A stretch of 64,000 nt of DNA from Octopus vulgaris (lineage: Eukaryota): positions 4,402,001-4,466,000 of the forward strand of contig OX597819.1 of NCBI GenBank assembly GCA_951406725.2, in the 5' to 3' direction. Under the pieces are notes generated by a model. That model saw only the letters and a list, made by a program, of their open reading frames with translations. It did not search any database and was not told the origin of the DNA. A program made the position numbers and the translations under genes. Positions 39,011-55,144 of the stretch are shown here, one piece after another (within the stretch, counting starts at the first letter, position 1; each line of letters starts with the position of its first letter).

Positions 39011-42000
39011 TTTTTTCCATTGATAGAAATACTTGAACAACTGTCGTCAATTTTCTGCGTAAGAAATATCGAAAGTTTAATAGCAAAAGTTTTTTGAGCC
39101 ACGAATATCACAAAAACGAAATAGTTAATTACTAAAACTTTAAAATTTTCATGAAATAAGTTCAACTAAAAAAACAAAATTCGTAGTTTTAACTATTTGT
39201 ACAAAACATGAATAAATACAAAGTTTAAAATAAGTTCTTTGCTAAAAATAAAAATAAAAATATTTTTTCATTGGTGAAGAATATTTATGCCCACGCTCAT
39301 CCATAGCAACATTCGCCAACGGTAAAAATCATCGAAAAAGCACGCAGATCCTCCGCTTAAAAGAAACTACACTTTTTTAACGTTCTAGTCAAAACAAGAA
39401 AATAACTGAGATTCAGATATTTTTTTAATTTCGTATTTTAAAAACATGATGTCGAAGATGTTTTTTAAGAACAAACAAAAGAAGAATACATTGCTAGACG
39501 TAAAGAATGTGTGAGGATACATTACTACAGAAAGAGTTAAAAACCTACTCCAACACGTTTTAATCGGTGAAAGAGAACTCGTATTTTAAGTACGTTCAAA
39601 ATGAAGATATTTTCTCGAAAATTTTAGCCGTAGTACTATGTTCTTCAAAATCTGCTTCAGAATAAACTTTACTTATTGTGAAAAAATTGTGTTCCTTGAC
39701 AGAGTGATTAAGGAGTGGGCACACGAAATGGATGAACGACAGAGAAAAACGTAATTCTTGTGTGAAAATATTTTCCTACGCTGACGCGCCAAGACACTTT
39801 AATTGTAAAACATACACCACCACGCTGAGAAGCATGTCAGAGATATGCCAAAAGTACTCATATTTTAATGCATGGAATGTACACTGGTATTATTATCACT
39901 TGGGGCATCCGTGTATTTTTAAACCAAATATTTTTAAAGTAAAAAAAATTTAACCAAATCAAATTTGGCAGTATAGTGTTTTTCGCCTTTATCGTTACTT
40001 TACTGATGATGATATACACATTTATTCACCGCCATCGCCACTGCCTATAATATAATTTTGCTCACTGCCTTCCTCATAACACCAAATGTGAAATCCCAAG
40101 GGATGGTGGTGGCTCCGTTAGGAAACACTACTCTAAGAGGTCGTTCGACAAGCTAGTTATAGTAACTAAGTCACATCCCAATTACTTAAAAACGGAAAGA
40201 TGCATTGGATAAATCTATAACTGGTTGTGTTATGAACGAAAATTTGACACGATGGTCATGGATAGAACACATTTGATCTTCATCGTGCTTGATTTGGAGC
40301 TAACAACAATTGAGTTGATTTTTTTTCATTTCTAGATATTTTCATTTAGCGATGTTTACGCAAATCTAGATTGAACACTAAAATGAATTATAATTAAACA
40401 GAATGTTGAAAGTGGGGAGCAGACAGCATTTTGATTCAAAATATGTAATTTATTGTTTTCATACTTAACATTTGCTACCAAATATCTGGAATATTTTCTA
40501 TCAACAGAAGTACAATAGCAGAGAAATAGAAGTGAATCATAAGCAGAATGTAATAAAATTCAAAGGGCCTATAGAATATCATAGAATGAAACATAATCAC
40601 CTTATCGAGGCTGCAGTTAACACTACCCAATTCCTCATAGACCCAACAAGTAAAGAAAAAATAAATTAAGGGATGAAATGTGTCCTAAGTTTTATCTCAA
40701 TTTCATGGAGTAGCTTTTGTTTTGACTTTCTTTATTCTGAGAATTTATATATTTAAAGCGTTTGTGTTTAGGTTTTCTTCTTGTTGTTGTTTGTATTTTT
40801 TTACCCTTGTTTGATTTGTTTTTTTCTTCCTTATCTAATATCATGTGGTGCTTTCAGAGCGAATGAAATTCTACTTTTCCTGAATATCAAAAATAACGGA
40901 TGCATTTATCTATGCAGTAACCACTAGAGTGAAACATTGTTATATGTGTCACGTTTAACCATTTCTGTTGTATTATTTTTTTTTATATTTTTCTTTTGCA
41001 TAATAATATAATGTATATCTTTGCTACTCCGATTTTCTGCCCCAGTGAGGAAAGCTGTTTCCTCTCAAGGGAATTCGTATTCTTTTATAATATAAGGTTT
41101 TTTACGTCTACCCTTAAAGTAAACATAAACTGGTGTTTAGATAGATTACAAATTTGTGTTGTTCCTCCTAACGCCAAACATTGTTAAATCGTGCTTATAA
41201 AGAGTGAAATTGTATATGATAAATCAGATGTGTAGCCTCATAGGGAAGTATATAAGTATATATCATTTGTTGTGTATGCTTAAATATATAGATAGTTTCC
41301 ACTTTATAATATCATACATGAAATTGTGAGAACATGCAATATACTGCTGCACGCAACTGATAAATAGATTTAATATACTGATTAAGAGCGACACTGAATA
41401 GTTGATTTAAATAAGCGCTTTTTATAGAGAAATGATCTGAGCATATGTTCAGTAGTATTAAAGAATTTTGAAGAATCTGAGGCTCCCTTAATAGGATTAA
41501 CAAATGGCTATGCAACCTCACAGGGAAAATATGAAAGTTTAACGACCGAAGAACAATACACGGTCAACAACCCAATATCAACGTATAAGATTGTCGAGAC
41601 GTCATTAGCGAGAGTATTTCAAATAAAGACGTAATTCTAAATACTAACATAAAACAAAAGATCGAAAAATTGAATGTCTCTTTAGTAAACTGTGTTTATA
41701 TTCGACAAAAGAAAAATTATAAGTAGGGAATTTTTAAAGAAATTTTAGCCATTCTGCAAAGAGATGAATTGGTGAGAGGTTAATGGCTTCAGCAGCAATT
41801 CGATTTCCAGCAAAATCCTTTTTTTTTTTGTCTAATACCAATGTGTTTTAGATGGACATAAACGATAGACAAGGATATACAGTAACAATAGATAAAAGAT
41901 GTGAACTGGAGGCAAGTCTCGCCCGCAAACTATTTACAATTTCCATTTCTAAGGAACGCTTATTTTTTCTTTTCTCCATACAACACAAATATTGCACCTA

Positions 42001-43521
42001 TGTAAGATAAATTCTATCTTCTGACACACATTTATCACCATTCTGGGTTCAAATTCTATTAAGGTCAACTTACAGGAGCCACCAAAATATAACCAATAGA
42101 ACGCACGGATTGTGCGCAGAACTTGATATATAATTCACTACGATAGTCTGAAGTTATGTAAGGAAAAAAATGTTTGCTTCAATCAGGGCTTATTTTTGTG
42201 CTTTGTTCTTTGTATTAGATTTTATTTACAAGTTGACACTTGAATATCTTTTGTTTTTATTGTCTTTAACACTTCAGACTGAAGCGGAGATTTGCCAACG
42301 TATTTATCATTTTCTACTACACTTAAAATAATCTTATTCCTTTTACTTAATCCTTTTATATTGCCATACAAGTGGTTCTGAGTATTTCTCATAAAACATT
42401 GGTCAAAATAAAAGTAGTTACTGGCCCACAAACCTCATTTTAACTGCTGTCTGCCAAGGAATAACTGTTTTTTGAAAAATACTGAGATATACTAAAAACA
42501 TTCGACGAATATACATTACTGGTATTTATTTTACTCAAAATATATTGCATTGCAATATGCACATGCATAGGTGCATATATGCGTGTGTGAATGTGTATGT
42601 GGTTTACTTACTTCATCTTCACACACCCTCTCTTTTTCTCCCACATTCTCCCTCACTCCTTTTCACTGGCGTTCATTCCTCTCGTGCTACCCACCCCTGT
42701 ACATATTTCCTGTTAGCTTTTGGACTTGCGAGATCGTGGCCAATGTAAGCGTACCCCTACTCCCAATATTTCTCCCTGTCGGAGTTGTTTACCCAGACAA
42801 AAATCTCTCTATATTTTCATGTCTTGTTTGTAGCAGTCGTAAGTCACATTCTTCGTTTATACTCCGCATCTATCTGTTACTGTGTGTGTGGGGGTTATTT
42901 TGTTTTGGGTTTACTTTACTTTTTGGATCAATCTTTCGTCTACGCCTTTGTTTTTAGCCGTAACCTTTGTCTTCGTTTTGTCTTGTATGACCTACTGCCG
43001 TTTTCCACACAAAGTTATCGACCCCCCCACCACCACCACCGAACTTCGAAATCGTAATGACTCTGGATAAACAGTTGGTAGATGAAATCGATTTACTCCG
43101 TTTGTGTGTGTTTGTGAGCTAAATTACAGTAAATATTACACATTTCTTTACCTGATATTTTTGAAGCTCATTGAAGCACAACATGTCCAAACATTCAGTG
43201 TCCTAGAATCCCGTAGCCCAAGGAGTCTAATATGTTATGAACAGCGACCAGCATATTCTGCGTTCGAACCAGCCTGAGCGTATTAATCAGCTAATAATCG
43301 ATTCTTCACATTTATTCAACTGCCAAATTCTCGTATACATAAAGATAGCAAGAAGAACTTCTTGAGTCGTGCACTGTTTAACCTTACATACACGCATATA
43401 TATATATATATATATATATGTAATAAATAAAATATATGCATACATACAAACATATATGTACGTACCGTCGAATTTTCGAATTTTCGCTTCGTTCCGTCTT
43501 CTTATCCTCCCAGTATTGTTT

Positions 43522-43562
<41 letters not shown>

Positions 43563-43639
43563 GAAATGAGGTACTCAGAAGATCGGGTGGTTTATATTTA
43601 CAGATATTTATTTGTATATTACATTTTTTATATATATAT

Positions 43640-43953
43640 CACCGGTCACGGTGATATCACCGTGACCGACCAGGCTATCAGATGTTGCTACACATCGCTG
43701 GTCACAATGCGCTTCGCATTGTTTTAGCCTTCAAATGACGCCACCCTGCTGGCTAAGCGAGCAGGCCAACAGAAGAAAGAGTGAGAGAAAGTTGTGGCGA
43801 AAGAGTACAGCAGGGATCGCCACCACCCCTGCCGGAGCCCCGTGGGCTTTAGGTGTTTTCGCTCATAAACACTCACAACGCCCGGTATGGGAATCGAAAC
43901 CGCGATCCTACGACCGCGAGTCCGCTGCCCTAACCACTGGGCCATTGCGCCTC
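43640..43953 (-). mobile_element. SINE family C, tail Y
   Basis: Reverse complement of 12123-12430. Confidence 0.9.
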
Positions 43954-44066
43954 TACATATATATATATGCGTGTAGATTCCAAGGAATCTAATGCGCTTG
44001 GCTTAGATTTTCCTTGGACCTGGCCAGATTGGAGCAATCTCAAGATTAACCAGCCGAAATTGCGAG

Positions 44067-44309
44067 GATGATTCGGTTCTTGACTGAAGATTGAAGGCTT
44101 CGAATGTCCCGTCCGTGATTTTTGTATCGTCTTCTGGGTGTTTTGCGTTCTTGTCCCGGTTTGTGTTTTTTCTTTTTTTGCATATACATATATATATAGC
44201 ATGATCCGGTTCTTGACTGAAGATTGAGGGCTTCGAATGTCCCGTCCGTGTTTTTTGTATCGTCTTCTAAGTGTTTTGCGTTCTTATCCCGGTTTGTGTT
44301 TTTTTGCAT

Positions 44310-44312
<3 letters not shown>
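44067..44312 (+). repeat. Two direct copies of a ~115-bp pLTR-tail-like unit separated by a short TA tract
   Basis: ATGAT(T/C)CGGTTCTTGACTGAAGATTGA..GCTTCGAATGTCCCGTCCGTG...TTGCATATAC at 44067 and 44201. Confidence 0.8.
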
Positions 44313-44356
<44 letters not shown>

Positions 44357-44358
44357 TG

Positions 44359-44399
<41 letters not shown>

Positions 44400-44461
44400 G
44401 AGAGAAGAGAGAGAGAGAGATACGCATATGTATATTTGCATATACATAAATTGTAATATAG

Positions 44462-44505
<44 letters not shown>

Positions 44506-47500
44506 ATGTGTGTGTATATGCATATATATATAGATAGATAGACAGACAGATGCCTCCAAACATTAGTTATGCAAATACACATTGTGTGTGAATGTATAAT
44601 ACTTTCTTCTTAATTTAAAAAACAGCTACGGCCTTTTTGGTTCAATTCCATTTGATGTATTATTTTTATTTAAAACAATTTTGATTTTTTTTTATTATTT
44701 TAAGTAGGCAATTCTCGGTTTTATTTTATATCTTTTGCGTTTTCATTTTGTTTGTTATATGCAAAATGTAAAGACCTCCTAATGGAAAACTCTATCATTT
44801 TTCATTTGTTGAAATATTTTCTACATATCAAATAGCATTAAAATCTTTTATGTTTATTTCCTTCTTGAAATGTAAACGATTCTTTACAGAAATCTCCGTT
44901 TTAGCTGGGGTTTTTTTTTTTCATTGCAGAATATTTCTTTTATTTTTTTAAATCCCCTTATCTTGCGATTATTTTCTTTATTTCTTTTCTTTATTTCTGT
45001 GTATTTCTCCTTCTCTCACACATTCCTAACATATATTACTTTAATTGGTATACATACACGCTTTTCCCAGAAAAATGGCATGACATTATATGGAGACTAC
45101 TTTTCAAACGTCCTTTAGCAAGCTTTTCCCTCCCAATAGTTTAGTTCCAGGAACCAGAAAACAACCGTTTTCACCTTTGTTTTTCGAAGAGCGCTAACAG
45201 AACAGAGACAGTATAATTGTCTAGGGTGTTGATATTTTCAAGCGGTCTATTCTTTTATACTATAGGGGTAGAATATCTAAATATTTGGAAAAAAAACGGG
45301 CTATACATTGTAAAGTGGATATAGATATTCCACTTATTCGAGTCCGTGTTTCTCCGTCAATACTCAAATGATTCCAGTCAGAGAATTTCCAAATCTCGAA
45401 CGCATGGAGAATATGAGCGCCATGTATTCTATTTTGAAAATGAATAGCCTAACTTATGACCTTGATGAATATCAAAATTTAATCAAGTCTCTAAAATGAG
45501 TCCAACACTGTCTATTTAAAGAAAAATGAAATCTATGCTTGAGAGACATCATATATTAATTGAACATCAATAGTTTTATGCTTAGGAGAAACAAACACAC
45601 ATTTTTGGACAATGTTTCAACTTCTTAAATATCAAAGGAAAGTAATAAGTTGAAACACAAATATTCCAATGTCGAAAATATACAAACTCATAATAGTCCT
45701 TTCTACTATACGTGCAAGGACTTAAATTTTGTGGAAGGGGCCAGTAGAGTACATCGTCGTCTCCAATGCTTAAATTGCTACTTATTTTATCTAGTACTCA
45801 TTTTATCGACTCTGCAGGAATGAAAGGTAAAGTTGACCTCGGTAGAATTTGAACTCAGAACATAAGCAGTTGGAAGCAATGCTGCTACGCATTTTGTTCG
45901 GTGTACTAACGAATTTGTCTGCTTCTCGCCCATTTGCATACATACTCATAATGTTGATATTAAATAAAATGAATGCTACAGAACAATAAATAAACTTTCG
46001 ACAGGTTTTGATCAAGCAACAGTTTCAATTTCTAGTTGAAATCATTTCACTTGAAAGTAAACTCTAATGTCACACTTTCCATTTATCTTTCTAAAACTAT
46101 TGGACAGTAGGCGCATGGAAATGATATAATGTTGGTATTCTATTTCGAATCAAACGTTTAGAGTAATTACGATATACAAGCGTAAGCATTCGAATTTGCT
46201 TTAAAAAGCAAGTAGCTTGTTTGGGCAAATAATGAAATGAAAATAAATGTTGCAAAGAATTCCCTCAAATTCATTAAATATGTTTTGTTGGTACTACTGC
46301 AGACGTCAATTGTTTTCCTATTTCTCAATATACTACATGGTTCATTCAATGTTTTATAGACATTATGCATACCTTTTATTCATCTCTATTTCAAATATTT
46401 GTATCTGAATGGAGGCATGTTGATTCGGAGTGTAATAAAAGAATGGATTTAATCAGTTTTCATGTTTAAGTTAACCTCTAAACTGATGGCTTCGTATGCG
46501 TACTCTGAGATAACCCCAATATTGATGAAAACTGCTGATGTTTTATGATATGGGAAGAAATGGAAATCTGAGCATTGTTTATGGATCGATTTCTAGTTCT
46601 CATTTCTTTTGACCTACAAATAATATTGATTTTTGTGAGAAAAGCAGGGATAGACCAGTACTGATTGAATGAGTCTGAAGTGGCTACAGCAATATTATAA
46701 ATCTCCCAGATGGAAATAGAATTATGGTTCATTTTGCTAACACACTTGCAATTCTGAGCTTTCCAAATTCAATAAATATATTAAAATGACATAACTCCAT
46801 TTATCACAGGGGCATGTGGGGTTAGGATGGAAGAGAAAATGGAAGGTTGTATAGAAATAACACCGTATGAGTGCCTAAATACTCAAGTGGTTTCTAATGT
46901 TTTTCCTTGTCAATATAACTGGAAATGACGCTCTCTGAAGTCTATCAACTAAATTTGAAGTTGTAAGTTGATATCTAGACAGGAAAGCAATGTACTAACA
47001 ATTCTGTACACAGATTAAAAAATATCTCGAAACGAAGCATAGATAATTCCAGTAAAAGCAGCCGATAACAGAAACTTTCTTTTCGTATCTCACTTGGCCA
47101 GACATAAATTCCAATGAAATTTCGAGGCAAACTTACTTGTTTCAATAAGTAATGCCTTAACTGTCAACGAATTCTGAACTCACAATAAAAGTGAAATTCT
47201 TACCATAAACAAAATATCCAAAAGTTATAAATGGTTAACAATTGATAGAAAGAATAAAATAAGACTAGTGCTATATATCACAGATAAATTTGCCGCTCCC
47301 CCATGTAAAATGCTTAGTTTCAAAGTGTTATTAAATCAAATAATGAGATTTAGATTGTATTTACTTTGCGCTTCTTTCCAGGAATGAGACAGACATTAGT
47401 CAGTAGTGTGTCATAATATACATCTTGCATTGTAAATTAAAGAGAAATATTCATGAGTTTCATTATTTCTGTAGTCACTGGTATTAAAGGCATGAGATAA

Positions 47501-50500
47501 ATGCCAGTATATTATGGATATTTTGTGAAGTTTCGAGAATTGAAAGTTGAAAAATACAGAACAGTGAAGTAAAATTTGTGATACCGTAAAGTGTCTAATA
47601 CATTTTGTTCTACTGATTTCACTATTCATAATGATTTCAGGCATAGACACAAGATCGCATTTTTGAGGGGTGAATATAGTCACCTTAAATCAATTTAATA
47701 CATTTTGTCGACCCACTGACGATGAAAGAAAATGTCGATCTCGTCAAAATTCGAACCAAGAATGAATCTAAAAAGACGTAATTGAATACTACAAAGAGTT
47801 TAATGTTTTGTTCAGCCACTCTAAAATGCCGCTAATGAACGGACTTTCTTTCGCCCCTAATAAGTGTTCTTAACATGGGCACGTGGCTTCAAGATTTGAA
47901 AAGAATTTAATCAAGTACATAGATACCAGCACTTAACTGGAACTTCATTTACTAACCCTGCGAGATTAAAAGGCAAAGCTCGCCTCAGCTATATTTAAAC
48001 TAAGAACGTAAAACGCCGCAACAGGTAGCAAAAGATATTTTGAGAGACTCCCTAGTAATTCTTCTATTCAGCCTTACATCATGATGTTGTAATATACTCA
48101 TATAGACTTTGAAGTTTTTTTTTTTCCTATGTCGGACCGAGACGGGCATACCTATGAACAAAAGTGTTCAAGTCGTGACCAGCTCGTTTTTTCTTACTTT
48201 CTTTTCTAATGCATCCTATTTTAAAACTGTCGCATGTGATATGAGGGAGTTTTGCTTCTATTTCTGGAAGAGCGAAGAATCACATATTGCCTCTTTCAAG
48301 TTTTATTGAAAGATGGAACAGAAGTGTAAAAGAAATCGGCTTAATTGTTTAGTTCGTTTTTGCCAAAATATAAGCCAGAAAATGATAAACTGGCAGCCTT
48401 AAAACATCATAATTTTGTGGTCGAATCTTACACAAAGATGTTGGCTTCTTGAGCTCAGTTCTCATGGAGAGCTTCAATTATTTGAATCTATGAGAAGCGA
48501 TTAATGAAAACGGTTTATAAAATGTTTAACTCATTCCTTCGTATTTATTTTATTTTATTATATTTATCAAATTAAATAAATTACTTGAATTGGTAGGATC
48601 ACAACTCCCGCACAATTTTGTAACGTTTAGTCAGAAGACAAAAGGCAACACCCGCCATACTTTTATAAGGTCGCTGGTTAGATAACTTCGCTAAAGATAG
48701 CCAAGGATGAAATGATGAAATAGCAGGAACAATCCCTCAATCGGGAAGCCAAACAGTTTCTGCCACTCAATTTCGTTCTCAATACTTTCGTTGACTCGAC
48801 GCCATAGCAGACAACACTTGTACATTGTCCAATACTGTGCGATCAAACCTGAGACTATATACTCCTCGACCAAAATTCTTAATCGCACAACTATGCTTTA
48901 GTCCTGATGTTTACTAACATTAATTACCATAGCAATACTCCTACAAGGCGAATATGCAAATATATATATATAAGAAATCTGCGAAATATAGCTTACTAAT
49001 TGTCCGCTACTGATAGAGAAATGTTTACCCTAAAAGGAAATGATACAATATCGAATAAACAATGAGGTTTCCTTCAGCAAATCTCATTTACATCTGTTAA
49101 TATATAGGTTAGTAGATTTCTATCAAATGTACTTTTAATGCTGTTTGTGTTATTCAAAAGAAATTAAAGTCTTAGATTGGAAATATTTTCGCTCTGATAT
49201 CTATTATGACAAATTCATCTGTTTTACAACACATAATTTTATTGGTGGCACTATTTTCTAATTTTCTGGAAATATGAGAAGCTTATCTGAATTTAGTCTG
49301 TTTCTGACTGTTAACGCTCTCAAAACCGCAGTTACTAATGGATATCATGATAGCTACTTAGTAAAACTATTTTCACAATAACCACGTGCTAGATGCAAGA
49401 TAAAACAAATGAAATAATGAGAATATATTTTAGCTTTCATAGATATTGTATCGATATCCTTGTATTATACTAATACTTGCCTTGAAGTAAGACACTTAAT
49501 TACACATGCGTCATTTGATTTTATCTTGCTTCAGTGTCTGAAAAATGGATGTCACAATTCCATTTAAAGATTAACCTCCTATCCATTTAGTTTTCCATCT
49601 GCTTAATGTCTCAGAGACTGTATCAAAACACTGACCCGATAAAATCATGTAATTTTGTTAGAAAAAGGGTAAATATTTCGAGAATCTACACAATATATGT
49701 TTCTTTGTTTTTTAAATGGTTAACTGACAAATATGATTTTAAAAATAATATCATATTGATGTGAGGATAAAAGCGGCGAGCTGGCAGAATCGTTAGCAAT
49801 TAGAGCAAAGTACTTAGCAGCATTTCGTCCATTCTGAGTTCAATTTCCGACAAGATCGATTTTGTCTTCCGGGGTCGATAAAATAACTACCAGTTGAGCA
49901 TTGGGGTCGATCTAATTGACTTGCTTCCTCCCTTGAAACTGCTGGCCTTGTACTAATATTTGAAACCAATAATTGGGTCAAGACCCTGGTGGCTATGTTT
50001 AATACGCATATAAAATATGTAACCTACTGGTAGGTCGTAGAATCTGAATTGCACGAATTAAGAAATGATCTTTTGGAGAAAAAGTGCAGTTTTAATGTCT
50101 GTAGGGAAGGAAGTTGATGAAAATTACCCTGATATATTACTGGAAGCTGTTCTATTGATGCCAGAAGAAAGAATAGTCGACGTAATTTTCTTGTGAAAAA
50201 ATAGCTACATAAAATCTATAATTGGTAGACGTTTCTCTCTGGTTTATTTCCATCAAAACAAAAACCAGTTTTCCATTGTAAACAAATACTAAGTATTTTA
50301 ATTATTGGATTTATGCATTAATCGATTCTTAATGAATCTTCAAAACACACTAATTTCAGTTTCAGTCTTTAAAACATACTTGTGGCTCTGTATATTCCTT
50401 TCTCGTCTTCAACGCAAACTGATTGTTTTTTAACATTTCATGACATGTAAACATTTTTCGTTTTGACTACCGACTTCATTTTAATTCAGTTGACTGAGAA

Positions 50501-51031
50501 GTTGTTCACAATATTTACATCTGAGTGTTTGGTAAATAGTGAGATTATATAGTATATGTTTGCGAAATATTTTACTGTCTGATAAATTACTACTGTCAAT
50601 GATAACAACAGGCCTTAAATAACAATATTTGCTGAAAGAAATACCAGAATGCAGACAGATTTCTAAACGACACTGGTTAACGCAGACTTAGAATATGAAT
50701 GGAGTAACAAGAAAACATTGCTTTACACTACTATGTAAATAAATTGTACATGTCACCCTATTTCAGTTACATATTCCACGTTTTACCAAACACTCCATCC
50801 CGTGTTTTCAATTGTTTCGGTAGTCATAGATAAATATGTGTGTATCGTTTTCATTTTGTGTGTGTGTGTGCGTGTATGTGCGTGCGTGCGCATGTGTGTG
50901 TGCGTGTGTAGCAATGCAAGATATTACTACTTCACTTTTTACAAGTAATCTTCACGCGATTCAGATAATATGCATTAAAATTTAACTGTATAGCAAATAT
51001 TGAGTCCTTTCATTAGTAAAAATTTATTGTA

Positions 51032-51062
<31 letters not shown>

Positions 51063-51145
51063 TATATATAAATATATATATAGATATATAAATATATATA
51101 TAGATATATAAATATATATATATATATGTCACTACATTACATTAC

Positions 51146-51447
51146 GAAGGCGCATGGGTCAGAGGTTAGAGCGTCAAGCTTACGATCGTGAGGTTGTGAG
51201 CTCGAATCCCGGACCGGGCTGCGTGTTGTGTTCTTGAGCAAGACACTTTATTTCACGTTCCTCCAGCTCACTCAGCTGTATCGGCCCCTTTGCCTTTCCC
51301 TTGGATACACTGTTGGCATGGAGAGGCGAGGCCGGTATGCATGGGCGACTGCTGGTCTTCCATAAACAACCTTGCCCGGACTTATGCCTGGGAGGGTAAC
51401 TTTCTAGGTGCAATCCCACGGTCTGTGTCGTGACTGAAGGGGGTCTC
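51146..51447 (+). mobile_element. SINE family A, older copy with deletion
   Basis: Homology to 51-386. Confidence 0.85.
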
Positions 51448-51813
51448 AGAATAACATTACATTCTAACAATCCTAGCATTAATACTGGTTTCAAATTTTG
51501 GACAAGACCAGCAACTTCGGTGTGGGGGAGAAGTCGATTACATCGACACCAGTGTTCAGCTGGTATGTATTTTATCGAACCGGAAAGACGGACGAAATAC
51601 TGCTGAGCACCTTTACGTTCTGAGTTCAAATTCCGCCTGGACCATCTATCCCTTTCATCCATTCGGGGTCGATAAAATAAGTACCAGTCGAACACTGGGG
51701 TCGATTTAAGCGACTTAGATCTCCCCCAAATTTGCTACCTCTGTGCCATAATTTGAAACCAATATTAGTATACGTTCGGATACGTATATAGATATATGTT
51801 GCCTGTCTATGTA

Positions 51814-52590
51814 TCTATAATAATAAGCGGCAAGATTGTGTGAATTTGTTACTTTAACTCCATCGAGACTATCCAACAGACCTCGATGAAACTTGATACG
51901 TGTGGTGGGGCTTATGCCCATGCGGTCACTTACGCACTTGGAATTTTTTTAAATTGATTTTTGATCATCATCGATTTTTCAAAAATCGTAAAATTTCGGC
52001 TTTTTTCGCACTAGCCATCGCAACATCAATTCGACGAAAAATGATTCATTCATGCGTGTAAACAGACAGCTTATTAACGGTAATCTATTCAGCATTTGCT
52101 AATTCTTCATTTGAATACGAATTGTTTTGATTTGCTAAAATTTATTATTTCAATTCGCTGTTTTAATTCCCCAGCGTTTCAGGGTTTAAATAGTTAAGTG
52201 CATTTTATTTAGGCATTTTGCGCACTAGCCGGCGTGACATCAATTTGATGAAACCTACCCCAAAGCATTAAATTTCGCCATTTTATGCACATGCACAAAA
52301 AGGACGACGACGCGAGTTCGCAACCAGACTCTGCTCATTTTTTCGTCAAACTGGTCCTACCCATTAATATAGATTTCAAATTTTTGAAAAACATCGAAAT
52401 TTGACGAAAAATGTTTCATTGCTATAAACAGATATCTTATTAACAATAATTTGTTTATCTTAGTTTTGATTTGCTAAAACTTATTTCAATTTGTTGTTTC
52501 AATTCCCTAGCGTTTCAGATTTTAAATAGGGAAGAGCATTTTATTTCTCAAACATTTTCTATTCAGTATTTCATGCATAACCATAGACAT
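51814..52590 (+). mobile_element. Possible non-autonomous Helitron-like repeat with internal duplication
   Basis: Starts TCTATAATAATAAG...GATGAAACTTGATAC, resembling Helitron-type 5' ends. 52030-52210 is duplicated at 52400-52545. No 3' hairpin/CTAG identified. Confidence 0.4.
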
Positions 52591-53596
52591 AATTACTGAC
52601 AATCAAACTAAATTTATACAAACTACTACTTATATACAAGATTTAACTTATCAGTAAACCTCCTCTTACCTTGCGAATACTTTGGAGTTCAGATTTGTGT
52701 TAAGTTACTAGATGAACCTTAACTCTTATAGAAGGTTCAGAATCTTATATAAGTCTTTTAAGTCAAGAGATATTCTCATGTGAGCCTCAACTTACTTCAA
52801 AAGTCAGGACTTTTTATCCACCATGTCACTTATGCAAAAGGGATTTTAGTCCTCGGATTGGATAACCCGTGTTATTTTGTCAAAACACGAAACCTATGTG
52901 ATTTTATCACCCTAACCTGAGTGGATTATGTGTATATTTCTCTGTGTGTGTCTGTGTTTGTACCCCCACCATTGCTTGACAACCGATGTTGCTGTGTTTA
53001 TTTTCCCACAAAATAGGATCAGAGCGAGTAATTATCTGAGGAACCATAAGAAACGTTATTAAAGCTGTTACAGGCATGACTGCAATATGAAAGGGAGCTT
53101 GCTAGGCGTTGACTTCACAACTACCACATATTTATCGCGATGTATGCGTTTGTATTTAGTTCAACTAAGTAACTATCATCAAAACTGGCGGAGATTCATA
53201 ACTTTTTCACTTGTGAATAAAGGGGATAAGACGGAATACATATGCAAAAGAAAACATGACATGCAAGAGCTTGACACTAAAGAATGAAACAAAGTAAATA
53301 AGAGGAGAGCCATATAAAGAGAATTAATATTCCAAAATTAAAATTTATTTGGAGGATCAATTTTGGAGCAATGTTACGCTAACATTTAAACATGAAAAGA
53401 TGTTATAGCTGAAGTATGAATGGGATTCCAACAACAGATGACAGTTTGATTTGAACCCATTTCAAAAATATCTTTAATAGACGTCTAGATATTCGGTAAT
53501 AAAGGTCATCGATATCTGAGGAGACTAAAACACATTAACAGAATTAGCTTTTATGACTTCATCTTGCTATGACTGGTTTTCTGTATGATTTATCTT

Positions 53597-53975
53597 TTAT
53601 TTGTCTCATTCAATGGACCGCGGCCATACTGGAGCATCGCCTCGAAGATTTTAGTCGAACAAATCGACCCGAGTGCTTTTTCTCATTCTATAGTTTTCCT
53701 TTGGCGAATCGCTAAGCAACAGGGATGTAACTAAATCGACAGCGGTTGCCAATCGGTGGTGGGGTCAAACGGAAAGACACAGATATCATAGCAACGCATA
53801 CATATATATAGACGCACTTTCATATATACAGTTTCCATGTCCTAAATTCACTCACAAGGATTTGGTCGGCCCGGGGTTATAGTAGATGACACTTGCCCAA
53901 GTCTCCGCACTGTGACACTGAATCGGAAACCACCTAGCTTCAAAGCGAACATCTTAACCACACAACAATGTCTGC
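53597..53975 (-). mobile_element. SINE family B, degraded
   Basis: Recognisable blocks GCGGCCATACTGGAGCA, CACTCACAAGG..TTGGTCGGCCCGGGG and ACACTTGCCCAAG. Confidence 0.75.
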
Positions 53976-54140
53976 GACCATGCATAAAAAAGGCAAGGTT
54001 CATTTAAATGAAATTCCCTGCCCTGAGCCCTCAAAAAACGCTGGTCTTCTTTATTGGCAAAATACAATAGTTATCATGTAATTAGATTGATATTTCACTT
54101 ACTATATTTTCATATCTCTTTCTTTATCTTTATCTTTATT

Positions 54141-54668
<528 letters not shown>

Positions 54669-54712
54669 TACGAAGTCAAGACAAATATCACCAGCTGACC
54701 GGTGTCTGCTAC

Positions 54713-54757
54713 TCTAGGCCGATGAAGGACAACGATCCTGAAACACGTGTCCCTAGA
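54713..54757 (+). ncRNA. Minimal type I hammerhead (U4C core, GUC site) in a ~265-bp ORF-less element (54665-54928)
   Basis: UCUAGG-CCGAUGA-AGGA(caacga)UCCU-GAAA-CACGUG-UC-CCUAGA. 6-bp helix I and palindromic ACACGUGU. Confidence 0.85.
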
Positions 54758-54922
54758 TGCAGTTCCGGCAGCCGGGGGTGTTTGTCTCCCCTTCGTAAAT
54801 GTATATAAGGACACAGGGAAAAATGTGTCAAAGCCATCAGGAGGCGTTCGATGCTTCCTAGGGCTATACAGCGGTGGTGCACCCCCTACTGTCACGTTCT
54901 TGTTAGATTGACAGTATACAAC

Positions 54923-54958
<36 letters not shown>

Positions 54959-55066
54959 TCGGGGTGAGTACTTGATAATTATAAGCACCTGTGTATACCG
55001 CTTGGTGGTGTAGGTGGTGGAGTAAATTGATCAAAATAAAAATAAAAACATGAGGCGAAGGACTCA

Positions 55067-55144
55067 GCGGTACATATGTTTCGGGCCTTTATTAGACAGA
55101 TTTATAACAAAGCATAATGTATGTCTGTGGCCTTCTTCAGCCGC
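55067..55144 (-). ncRNA. Type I hammerhead (left-arm copy)
   Basis: Reverse complement of 55405-55482. Confidence 0.8.
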